A stretch of 64,000 nucleotides of DNA from an uncultured Thermoplasmatales archaeon. GTDB taxonomy: Archaea > Thermoplasmatota > SW-10-69-26. The notes below the pieces were generated by a model. The model was not told the DNA's origin. It worked only from the letters and a program-made list of their open reading frames with translations, and made no database searches. The position numbers and the translations under genes are program-made. Below, piece after piece: positions 54,511 to 62,863 of this stretch (its first letter is position 1; each line of letters starts with the position of its first letter). Where the stretch lies: assembly GCA_964581775.1 (NCBI GenBank), contig CAZOQA010000002.1, forward strand, positions 85,125-149,124, in the 5' to 3' direction.

Positions 54511-55173
54511 GTGCGCGTGCTCTTGCTCCTCTCCGGCGGCATCGACTCACCCGTTGCCGGGCGGCTGCTCCAGGAGAACGGCCACGACGTCGCCGGGGTG
54601 CACTTCAGCCAAGAACCCTTCACCGACGCCAGCCCCGAAGACAAATCGCGAGCCTGCGCCGAGCACCTCGACATCGCCCCCCTGTGGGTCTCCCGCGCCG
54701 GCGAAACCTTCGGTACGTTGACGCAAGAATGCGACCACCGCCTGTACTTCGTGCTCTCCAAACGCCTGATGCTCGCCGCCGCAGACCGGTTGGCCGAACG
54801 CGAAGGCTACGACGCGATCGCCACCGGCGAGAACCTGGGCCAGGTCTCCTCCCAGACGCTCAAGAACCTCTCCTGCATCCACCAAGCCCCCACGCTCCCC
54901 GTGCTCACCCCTCTTCTGGCCCTCGACAAGGAAGAGATCATCGAGCTGGCCCGCGAGATGGGCACCTACGAGATGTCCACGGGGCCCGAGATGTGCGACA
55001 CGCTTGGCCCCGCTCACCCCACCACGGAAGCCACGATGGCGCAGGTCCACGACGCCGAAGACGCCATCGACCTCGACCAGCTCGCCCAACGCCTCGTCGC
55101 CGAGGCCACGCTGGACGAGGTGCTTGAACCCCCGCGCCCGTCGCCCTCCGCAAGCCACCCCGGGACGGGCTAG
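54511..55173 (+). CDS. ThiI-like PP-loop ATP pyrophosphatase domain protein (no THUMP or rhodanese domain)
   Basis: 'LLLSGGIDSPVAG' (PP-loop), 'ATGENLGQVSSQTLKNL', and 'PVLTPLLALDKEEIIELAREMGTYEMS' match the ThiI catalytic domain. Only 220 aa. Confidence 0.75.
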   Translation: MRVLLLLSGGIDSPVAGRLLQENGHDVAGVHFSQEPFTDASPEDKSRACAEHLDIAPLWVSRAGETFGTLTQECDHRLYFVLSKRLMLAAADRLAEREGYDAIATGENLGQVSSQTLKNLSCIHQAPTLPVLTPLLALDKEEIIELAREMGTYEMSTGPEMCDTLGPAHPTTEATMAQVHDAEDAIDLDQLAQRLVAEATLDEVLEPPRPSPSASHPGTG

Positions 55174-55478
55174 TCCTCGAGGACCTCGCCGTCCTCCTTG
55201 TACGTGGACACGATCATCATCGTCTTCGTGTCCTCGACCCCCTCCAACGGCGCCAGGCCCTTCACGATGAAATCCTTGAGCTCCTGGTACTCCGGGAAGG
55301 TCCCCTTCAGGACGAGATCGTCCTCCCCCGTGACGAGGTACGCGTGCTCGATCTGATCGAACGTAGCCAGGGTCGATCCGATCTCGTCCACGTGCGCCGT
55401 GTCCACCTTCAACAAGATTACGGCCTCGACGCCTTCATCACCGCTCTGCGCAGCGACCTCCTCCTCGAACTCGTTCAT
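55170..55478 (-). CDS. stand-alone Lrp/AsnC ligand-binding (RAM) domain protein
   Basis: 102 aa. 'AVILLKVDTAHVDEIGSTLATFDQIEHAYLVTGEDDLVLKG...LKDFIVKGLAPLEGVEDTKT'. No HTH. Confidence 0.7.
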   Translation of the reverse strand: MNEFEEEVAAQSGDEGVEAVILLKVDTAHVDEIGSTLATFDQIEHAYLVTGEDDLVLKGTFPEYQELKDFIVKGLAPLEGVEDTKTMMIVSTYKEDGEVLED

Positions 55479-55538
55479 GGGAACTCCCGGTCCCCAACAA
55501 GAACGGTCCGCATAAAGGGTCCGGGAACGGCCCCGGTC

Positions 55539-56747
55539 CTACACGACCAGCATCGGCAACGCCCGGAAGAACACGTACGAGAGCACCAACGACGTGGACG
55601 GCCCCAACACCCACATCGAGACGTACTTCGCGATCACGCGAGGGTTGAAAAGCTCCCGCGCCTCCCGCACCCTGCGCGGCTCCGACTCCCCGATCGCCGG
55701 CGGATCCTCCAACGGGCCCGCCGTCAACACCCCCAACACGACCGACTCATCCCGCTCGCCCCGCAGGAAATCCCCCGCCTCGAACGGCCGGCTGGCACGC
55801 CCCCACCCCAACCCCACGATGGTCGCCACCGTCGCCAACACCAAGCTGATCGGCACCCCCAGGTACGACAAGATCGTCGTGATGGTCGCGCTCGTGAACA
55901 TCACCAACAACGCCGCCATCAACGGCACCTCCGACAACTCCCCCCCCACCGACTCCATCGTCCTGCGCGCGATCGTGAACCCCCCCAACCCGATCGCGGC
56001 CGTCGCGATCAAGATCGCCACGTTCGCCCCCAACGCCCCCCCGCTCGTCAACGGAGCCACCGCGTTCGGCACGTTGCTTGCGCCCGCGCTGAACGCCATG
56101 TAACACCCGATCACCAACACCATCCCCGACCCGATCGCCTCCTCGCGAGACGTACCCGGCCCCAACCGCACCCACGGGAACCCCCCCTCCACCTCGAAAA
56201 GAGGACCCTCCGAACCCTCGATCCGGAACCGCTGGGTCAACTCCGTGTACACGTACCGGCCCACGATCACCCCGATCCAGAACCCAAGGAAGGGAGCCAT
56301 CATCCACCACACCATGATCCACGCGACCGTGTACACGTTCAACGTCTCGGTGGCCAACCCGAGCCCCGCGATGGCTCCCACCGTCGTCATGGACGTAGGA
56401 ACCGGGACCCCCCACACGTTCGCGATCAAGATGCCCAACCCGATGAAGAACAGCACCACGACCCCCGCCTCCAGCGAGATCGGGACCCGGATGATGTCCC
56501 CGCTCAACGTATCCAACACGTTCCGACCCACCGTCCACCCCCCCAGGAAGACGAACACGGTCATCAGGCCCGCCGCGACGCTCTTGCGCAACACGCCCGC
56601 ACCCACGGCGGGACCCCACGCGATGCCCGTGGATGAGCCCCCGATGTTCAACCCGACGAACACGGAGGCCACCACGCCCACCGCGAGCACGAAAAGCGAC
56701 CACACGATTCCCCCAACGAGGATGCCCCCCATCAGTGAAACGGACAC
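55539..56747 (-). CDS. PiT-family inorganic phosphate transporter
   Basis: Polytopic. 'GLNIGGSSTGIAWGPAVGAG' and 'AFSAGASNVPNAVAPL' are the duplicated PiT signature regions. Confidence 0.9.
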   Translation of the reverse strand: MSVSLMGGILVGGIVWSLFVLAVGVVASVFVGLNIGGSSTGIAWGPAVGAGVLRKSVAAGLMTVFVFLGGWTVGRNVLDTLSGDIIRVPISLEAGVVVLFFIGLGILIANVWGVPVPTSMTTVGAIAGLGLATETLNVYTVAWIMVWWMMAPFLGFWIGVIVGRYVYTELTQRFRIEGSEGPLFEVEGGFPWVRLGPGTSREEAIGSGMVLVIGCYMAFSAGASNVPNAVAPLTSGGALGANVAILIATAAIGLGGFTIARRTMESVGGELSEVPLMAALLVMFTSATITTILSYLGVPISLVLATVATIVGLGWGRASRPFEAGDFLRGERDESVVLGVLTAGPLEDPPAIGESEPRRVREARELFNPRVIAKYVSMWVLGPSTSLVLSYVFFRALPMLVV

Positions 56748-56789
56748 CGTGATATCTACGCGGTCCGGACCCGAGGCAGACCCCCCGCG

Positions 56790-56797
56790 TATTTACA
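56790..56797 (+). promoter_or_regulatory. TATA-like TATTTACA about 30 nt upstream of ATG 56823 (leaderless geometry)
   Basis: AT-rich octamer in the 75-nt spacer. Confidence 0.45.
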
Positions 56798-56822
56798 AGG
56801 AGGCGTCGTATCACCCGGTAGC

Positions 56823-57614
56823 ATGCCCGTCTCGGCGAACCTCCAGTTGCTTCGCCGCATGGCAGACGCCGTCGAGAGACGCCTGCGCGAAGCCTCCACC
56901 ACCTCGTACGGGGACGAGACGGGCACCGGCGCCGACGGCACGATGACCAAGCACGTCGACGCCATCGCCGAGGAGGCCATCCTCGAGAAGCTGGAAGCCT
57001 CCCCCAAGACCCTGAACGTGCTCAGCGAGGAAGCCGGCTACGTGGACAACGGAGGCGACGACCTGCTCGTCACCGACCCCATCGACGGGACCACGAACGC
57101 CACGCATGGGTTGCCCGTGTACGCGGTCAGCCTCGCCATCGGGACCGACGATCTCGCCGGCGTCACGACCGCGCTCGTGCGCAACATCCCCACCGGCCAA
57201 ACCTACGAGGCCGAAGCGGGCCAAGGCGCCACGCTCGACGGGGACCCAATCCAAGCACAACCCTTCGACCCCGCCTGGGCCATGGTCTCCTCCGCCGTCA
57301 GCGCCGAGCCCACGCCCGAGACCCTGACCCGAGCCCTCCAACAAGACCGCCTCCACGACTTCCGCCACCTGGGCTCGGCCGCGCTCGAGCTCTGCTTCGT
57401 CGCACACGGCGCCCTGGACGTGTACTACCACCCCGAGAAGAGGCTACGCGTCACCGACATCGTGGCCGGCACCCTCATCCTCCGGGAGGCCGGCGGCCAC
57501 GTCCTCACGCCCCAGGGAGACCCGCTGGGGATGGCCCTCGACCTCAAACCCCGAGCCTCGCTGCTCGCCGTGGGCGACCTGGAGGCCCTGGAGACCGTGG
57601 AGGTGCTCTCATGA
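56823..57614 (+). CDS. inositol monophosphatase-family phosphatase (IMPase/FBPase/NADP phosphatase type)
   Basis: 'LSEEAGY' and 'LVTDPIDGTTNATHGLP' (DPIDGT motif), with 'WDxAAG'-equivalent region 'VTDIVAGTLILREAGG'. ATGA overlap with the NAD kinase gene. Confidence 0.85.
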   Translation: MPVSANLQLLRRMADAVERRLREASTTSYGDETGTGADGTMTKHVDAIAEEAILEKLEASPKTLNVLSEEAGYVDNGGDDLLVTDPIDGTTNATHGLPVYAVSLAIGTDDLAGVTTALVRNIPTGQTYEAEAGQGATLDGDPIQAQPFDPAWAMVSSAVSAEPTPETLTRALQQDRLHDFRHLGSAALELCFVAHGALDVYYHPEKRLRVTDIVAGTLILREAGGHVLTPQGDPLGMALDLKPRASLLAVGDLEALETVEVLS

Positions 57615-58420
57615 GGATCGGGCTGGTGGGACGCGGCGACGTGCCCGAGCGCGTCAAGATCGCCAAGGATGCGGCCTCCCACCTGGACGGCCGGGCCGAG
57701 GTCGTGGCAAGCCCCCCGCTGGCCGCGCAGCTCGACGTGCCCGGCGAGCGGGTCGAGCAGATGGAGGTGGACGCGATCGTCACGGTCGGAGGCGACGGGA
57801 GCATCCTCTACTCCGTGCAACGCAACCCCGCGCCCGTGTGCGGGATCAACATGGGCCGGATGGGGTTCCTCACGAGCGCGGAGCCCGAGGACCTCTCGAA
57901 CGCGCTCGACGACCTCCTGGACGGAGCATACACGCTCGAGGAGCGCATGCAGATCGAGTGCCGCCTGGACGGCGAGCTTCTCCCCTCGGCCGTGAACGAG
58001 ATCGTGTTCAAGTCCCCCGACCCTTCCAACGTGCTCGACGTCGATGTCGAGATCGACGAGAGCGAACCGCTGAGCCTCCGCTCCGATGGCGTGATCATCT
58101 CCACCCCGACGGGGTCCACCGCGTACAGCGTCAGCTCGGGCGGCCCTTTCGTGCACCCGGATGCCAAGTGCCTGCTCGTGGTTCCCCTGGCCGACTTCAA
58201 CCTCTCCTCGCGCCCCCTCGTCGTCCCCCCTGAGCACGTGATCGAACTCCACTTGCAGGAGGGCTCCGCGGATGCGGTGTTCGCGATCGACGGGCAGTAC
58301 ACGACGCCCTTCCAACCCGGGAACACGATGTCGATCCGCCGGTCCGATACGCCGGCGCGTCTGATCCGGTTCGGGCGAGATTTCTACGAACGGTTGAACC
58401 AGCAGTTCCTGGACCCTTGA
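57611..58420 (+). CDS. nadK: NAD kinase
   Basis: 'DAIVTVGGDGSILY' (GGDG), 'AVNEIVF', 'DGVIISTPTGSTAYSVSSGGP'. Confidence 0.9.
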   Translation: MRIGLVGRGDVPERVKIAKDAASHLDGRAEVVASPPLAAQLDVPGERVEQMEVDAIVTVGGDGSILYSVQRNPAPVCGINMGRMGFLTSAEPEDLSNALDDLLDGAYTLEERMQIECRLDGELLPSAVNEIVFKSPDPSNVLDVDVEIDESEPLSLRSDGVIISTPTGSTAYSVSSGGPFVHPDAKCLLVVPLADFNLSSRPLVVPPEHVIELHLQEGSADAVFAIDGQYTTPFQPGNTMSIRRSDTPARLIRFGRDFYERLNQQFLDP

Positions 58421-58580
58421 CCTCCTTGCTGAGACCCGGTTCCAGGGGCTCCCCGAGGCGTGTGATGATGCCCCGTTGTCCCCCGATACCAAGGGAGGAG
58501 AAGGTTCAAGAGCCCGAGGGGGTTTGGGCGGTCAAGTTGGCCCCGGGAACCCCGGACCTTGAGAGGAAGATGATTCCGAC

Positions 58581-59825
58581 ATGAATCCCAAAGAGATCGC
58601 CGACCAACAGTTCGACGTGGCGGCGGACCGGCTGGATCTGGACCCTTCCATCCGCAAGTTCCTGAAGAGCCCCAAGAACATCATCAAGGTGTCCCTCCCG
58701 GTCGAGATGGACGACGGGTCCATCGAGGTGTTCGACGGGATCCGGGCCCAGTACAACGACGCGCTTGGTCCCTTCAAAGGAGGCATCCGGTACCACCCCG
58801 GCGTGACGGAGGACGAGGTGGTCGCGCTGGCCGCCTGGATGACGTGGAAGTGCGCCGTGGTGGATGTCCCCTTCGGCGGCGGGAAAGGGGGCGTCGTCTG
58901 CGATACGAAAGAGCTCTCCGAAGGCGAGAAAGAGCGTCTCACGCGCCGATACACGTCCGCCATCGCGCCCTACATCGGGCCCAGCAAGGACATCCCCGCG
59001 CCGGACATGTACACGGACGCGCAGACCATGGCGTGGATGATGGACACGTACAGCCAGATCAAGGGCGAGCGCTCCCTGGGCGTCGTCACGGGCAAACCTG
59101 TCGAGGTCGGCGGCTCGTACGCGCGCAACGAATCCACCGGGCGAGGGATCCTCATCGTGGCCCGGGAAGCCTTCCAAGCCCAGGGCCTCGACACGGAGGA
59201 TGTCTCCATCGCGATCCAAGGCTTCGGGAACGTCGGGTCCAACGTGGGCCTGCTCGCCGAGGAGGTGTTCCCCGGTGCTCGCCTCGTCGCGGTCAGCGAC
59301 ATCACCGGCGGGATCTACAACGAGGACGGCCTGGACCCCGAAGCCGTCACCCAGCACGTCGAAGAGACCGGCGGCGTCTCGGACTTCGATGGCGCCAAGA
59401 ACATCACGAACGACGAGCTTTTGATGCTCGACGTGGACCTCTTGGTCCCCGCGGCCATCGAGGGCGTGATCACGGAGGACAACGCGGACGAGGTGGACGC
59501 ACGCATCGTCGTCGAGGCCGCCAACGGCCCCACGAACCCCGAGGCGGACAAGATCCTCGACGAGCGCGGGATCCCTGTCGTCCCGGACATCCTCGCCAAC
59601 GCCGGCGGCGTCACGGTCAGCTACTTCGAATGGGTCCAGGGCTTGTACGCCTTCCAGTGGGACGTCGGGGAGGTCCGCTACATGCTGGAACGACGCATGA
59701 AACAGGCCTTCCACGACGTGCACGAGCTCGCCGAGGAGGAGGGCATCACGTACCGCACCGCCGCGTACATGGTGGCCGTAGGGCGCGTCTCCGAAGCCGT
59801 GGACCTGCTTGGCATCTGGCCTTGA
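58581..59825 (+). CDS. gdhA: glutamate dehydrogenase
   Basis: 'GPFKGGIRYHP', 'KCAVVDVPFGGGKGGV', 'IAIQGFGNVG'. 414 aa. Confidence 0.95.
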   Translation: MNPKEIADQQFDVAADRLDLDPSIRKFLKSPKNIIKVSLPVEMDDGSIEVFDGIRAQYNDALGPFKGGIRYHPGVTEDEVVALAAWMTWKCAVVDVPFGGGKGGVVCDTKELSEGEKERLTRRYTSAIAPYIGPSKDIPAPDMYTDAQTMAWMMDTYSQIKGERSLGVVTGKPVEVGGSYARNESTGRGILIVAREAFQAQGLDTEDVSIAIQGFGNVGSNVGLLAEEVFPGARLVAVSDITGGIYNEDGLDPEAVTQHVEETGGVSDFDGAKNITNDELLMLDVDLLVPAAIEGVITEDNADEVDARIVVEAANGPTNPEADKILDERGIPVVPDILANAGGVTVSYFEWVQGLYAFQWDVGEVRYMLERRMKQAFHDVHELAEEEGITYRTAAYMVAVGRVSEAVDLLGIWP

Positions 59826-59972
59826 GCGCCTCCCGGGCCGGCCCGCGGACATGGTCGGTACCGGGAGGAGTGGATCCCCGCGAACCCCCCGTTCGGGTGC
59901 GTCCCCGGAGGGTTCAACCCAAACGTTCAAGCTTCCGGATGACCTGACCCTCCCAGGCTTGGAGGCTAGGCT

Positions 59973-60728
59973 ATGAAACGAAGGACCCTCTCCGTTTTGA
60001 CCTTGAGCGCCGCGCTTTTGACCATCGGGCTCGTGCCCGTCACCGGATCCCAGGTGGCCCTTCCCCCGGACATCCTGATCTACGATGACTACACCGATGG
60101 GGAATCGCCGGCCGCGCTCGCTGCGGACAACCTCGCCCTCGACTACCAGTTCGTAGACGACGCGTGCGACTTCGCGGACGCGCTGGAGAACGAACCCAGT
60201 CTCGTGATCGTGAACGGCGTGTTCAACGGGATCTCCCACTGCAAATCGGACATCCTCTTGGACCTGGCCGAGCACGCCAGCGGTCCCGGCAAACTGATCT
60301 TCCAATCCTGGGAGATCACCGCGTGCGGCGACGGCTGGGCCCAGTGCGAGGACGAGCACGTGGACGAGCTCTTGGCCACGCTGGGCGTCGAGGGGCCCAC
60401 CGAGACGTACACGTCCCCGCCCACGCTGGTCAGCACCCCGACGGTCTCCGCATGCAGCATCGGCCCGAACCCCCTGCTCCCCGCGGGCCTCGAGGAGATC
60501 GAGCCCGAGCAGGACCCGGCCATCATCGATGCGCAGGGCGTCACGGCCACCACCGGGATCGTGTGCTTGGAGTCTGCGCAGGGCGACGCGCAGCTTGTGG
60601 CCAGTGAGAACGGCGCCTACATGGGGTTCGCGCCGCACCACTATGAGGGCTCCACGGACACCACCCTGCCCGGGCCCGAGGACCCGATCAAGATCTTCGA
60701 GAACCTGATCACCGCGAACCTCGTCTAG
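59973..60728 (+). CDS. secreted acidic Cys-containing protein (hypothetical)
   Basis: Signal peptide 'MKRRTLSVLTLSAALLTIGLVPVTG'. 251 aa, no known motif. Confidence 0.5.
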   Translation: MKRRTLSVLTLSAALLTIGLVPVTGSQVALPPDILIYDDYTDGESPAALAADNLALDYQFVDDACDFADALENEPSLVIVNGVFNGISHCKSDILLDLAEHASGPGKLIFQSWEITACGDGWAQCEDEHVDELLATLGVEGPTETYTSPPTLVSTPTVSACSIGPNPLLPAGLEEIEPEQDPAIIDAQGVTATTGIVCLESAQGDAQLVASENGAYMGFAPHHYEGSTDTTLPGPEDPIKIFENLITANLV

Positions 60729-60858
60729 GGCCGCGGCCAGGACCCACGCCCGCGCCCCGTCCCAGCGCGGCCTCTCCTGGGTCCGCGAGCTCCCGGGGGC
60801 TCCCACCCGGGCCCGTGCCAGGCAAAGAGCCATAAGCCCCCGCCCTGCTCCCGGGAGC

Positions 60859-61929
60859 ATGGACTTGGGAGGTTCACAACACCCATCGAAGACGCTCGTC
60901 GTCGCGACCGCGGTCGCCCTCGTCATCGGGTTCGCCATGCCGGCCATGGCCTGGCACAGCGATCTGCCCGTCGTCGCGGAGATCGAGGGCACCGGCGAGG
61001 ACGCGTGGGGCGTCGACATCACGCTGCACGAGGAGGGAGACTACGCCATCGAGCTGGAAGGGTACACGGACCCGGACGCCAGCCAAATCGCCATCGGCGC
61101 CATGGGCTTCGACAGCTCCGGGGACCCTTCCGGTTCCTCCACGCTGATGGCCCTAACCTCGCAAGAGCGCGTGATCGCGAGCCAACAGGACGTCAGCGAG
61201 GCCTTCGGGCAGGACGGGCTCAAGGTCACCGGCGAATCGTTCGGCGAGACCATGTTCCTCGGCGTCGCCGCCACGCAAGAGGACGTCGACCCCGGCACCG
61301 ACTCGTACGGGTTCTACTTGGCCGGGTTCGAGAACGCGACCCTCACCGTGCGGGCCGACGTGGACGTCACCGTCGAGACCTCCCAAGGCGCCATCCACGC
61401 CATGAGCGAGACCGACTTCGACGACGGGGCCCTCAACCTGCAGGCCCAAGCGCCCCACCTGGAAGCAGAAACCGTCTCCACCACCGGCCCCGGGGCCAAG
61501 GTCATCCAGGACTCCACGCAGCTCATCGACGTCGAGCACCAACTGATGGGCGACTTCCTGGCGCTTCCCCCCGGCGACTGCCAGGTCATCCAGGGCAGCA
61601 CCTGCGTGCCCCTGGACGCGCTCCTTGACCAGGGGCTCACCATCGCCGAGGACACGTGCGAGACCCGCACCGGCATCGACTGCGGGCAACCCCGCGAAGA
61701 CGTGCGCGGCGAGGACAGCACCAGCATCTCCTGGGACGGCCCCGACGGCGCCGGCGAGGAAGGCTACGAATGGTACCTCTACAGGGGCGAAAGCCCCGGC
61801 ACGTACGCGTTCAACGTGGACGAATCCACGGACGCGTACGGCTGGGGGTACGACTCAGAGACGGGCACGTTCTTCGGGTACGAAGAGCACCACATCATCC
61901 TCGTCGCCGTGGACCTGGCCCCGCCCTGA
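60859..61929 (+). CDS. secreted/anchored acidic protein (hypothetical)
   Basis: N-terminal hydrophobic 'LVVATAVALVIGFAMPAMA'. 356 aa, beta-rich, with a Cys cluster 'CQVIQGSTCVP...CETRTGIDC'. Confidence 0.5.
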   Translation: MDLGGSQHPSKTLVVATAVALVIGFAMPAMAWHSDLPVVAEIEGTGEDAWGVDITLHEEGDYAIELEGYTDPDASQIAIGAMGFDSSGDPSGSSTLMALTSQERVIASQQDVSEAFGQDGLKVTGESFGETMFLGVAATQEDVDPGTDSYGFYLAGFENATLTVRADVDVTVETSQGAIHAMSETDFDDGALNLQAQAPHLEAETVSTTGPGAKVIQDSTQLIDVEHQLMGDFLALPPGDCQVIQGSTCVPLDALLDQGLTIAEDTCETRTGIDCGQPREDVRGEDSTSISWDGPDGAGEEGYEWYLYRGESPGTYAFNVDESTDAYGWGYDSETGTFFGYEEHHIILVAVDLAPP

Positions 61930-61970
61930 CGCAGCACGCAGCGGGCCCGCGCCCCCGCGTTGGCGCCCCG

Positions 61971-62699
61971 TCACTGGACCGAGATGCGCGAATCCAGGAT
62001 CCCCGCGTCCTCGTGCCAGTTGATGCTCATCACGGACCAGGTCCCCCACTGGGACGGGTGCACATCGCCCCGCGTGATCGCGTAACAGTTCACCAACGTC
62101 GGATCCGGGTCCTCCGCCACGTCCCCCGGGCCCTCCCAGAACCAGTCCCCATCGTCCGGGGTCCGGTCCGCGAACCCGAACGTGCCCCCGCACCACACCG
62201 TGAACAAGCCGTACTCATCGTGATGGTAGGCCTGGATGCCCGCATGGTAGCTGCCCGCGGAGACCAAGCGCACGTGCTGCATATCCTGCTGGATGGGCAC
62301 GGGCGCGAACGTGCACCCGTCCCCGCCAACCGAGGCCGCGGCCCCCGGAGGCGCCGCCAGGCCTCCGACCGAGGGACCCATGAACACGCCCAGGACGCCG
62401 CCCAAAAGGTTCGTGCACGCCACATCGCCCGCAGCGGGAAGCGGCCGATCCAACGCCTCGTCCAGACCCACCGCGTGAGCCTGCATCGTCATGCGCTCGA
62501 CGTCCACATCCAACACGACCGCTTGGCCAGGAAGCGCGAAGGCCTGCACCCGAAGGGCATCCTCGGGCGGGTCCTCCACGTCGAACGCGAACCCGTCCCC
62601 CGCGTCTTGCTCCGGCGGCGACGCGGCGGGGATCGCGCTCGCCGTCACCATCAACGCGGCCATGCACACGGCTACGAGCCAGCTTGTCGATCGTCTCAT
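61971..62699 (-). CDS. secreted protein (hypothetical)
   Basis: ORF 61971-62789 trimmed to ATG 62699 ('MRRSTSWLVAVCMAALMVTASA' signal peptide). 242 aa. Confidence 0.5.
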   Translation of the reverse strand: MRRSTSWLVAVCMAALMVTASAIPAASPPEQDAGDGFAFDVEDPPEDALRVQAFALPGQAVVLDVDVERMTMQAHAVGLDEALDRPLPAAGDVACTNLLGGVLGVFMGPSVGGLAAPPGAAASVGGDGCTFAPVPIQQDMQHVRLVSAGSYHAGIQAYHHDEYGLFTVWCGGTFGFADRTPDDGDWFWEGPGDVAEDPDPTLVNCYAITRGDVHPSQWGTWSVMSINWHEDAGILDSRISVQ

Positions 62700-62805
62700 C
62701 CAGACTCCTCCCAAGGCGCGCCTCGACGCCCCTTCGGAGACGAACAAGCCCCAGGGGGGATAGAGCTTCGGGTCCCGGCCACCACGCACCCCACGCTAGC
62801 CAAGC

Positions 62806-62822
62806 AAGAAAAAGAAAAAACG
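62806..62822 (-). terminator. oligo-T terminator candidate (minus strand TTTTTTCTTTTTCTTGC)
   Basis: Begins about 40 nt after the stop of the Gly-rich gene (62864). Longest T-run in the window. Confidence 0.5.
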
Positions 62823-62863
62823 GGGAGCGAGGGGGTCCCCCCCTCGCCGAGGGAAAGACGCCT

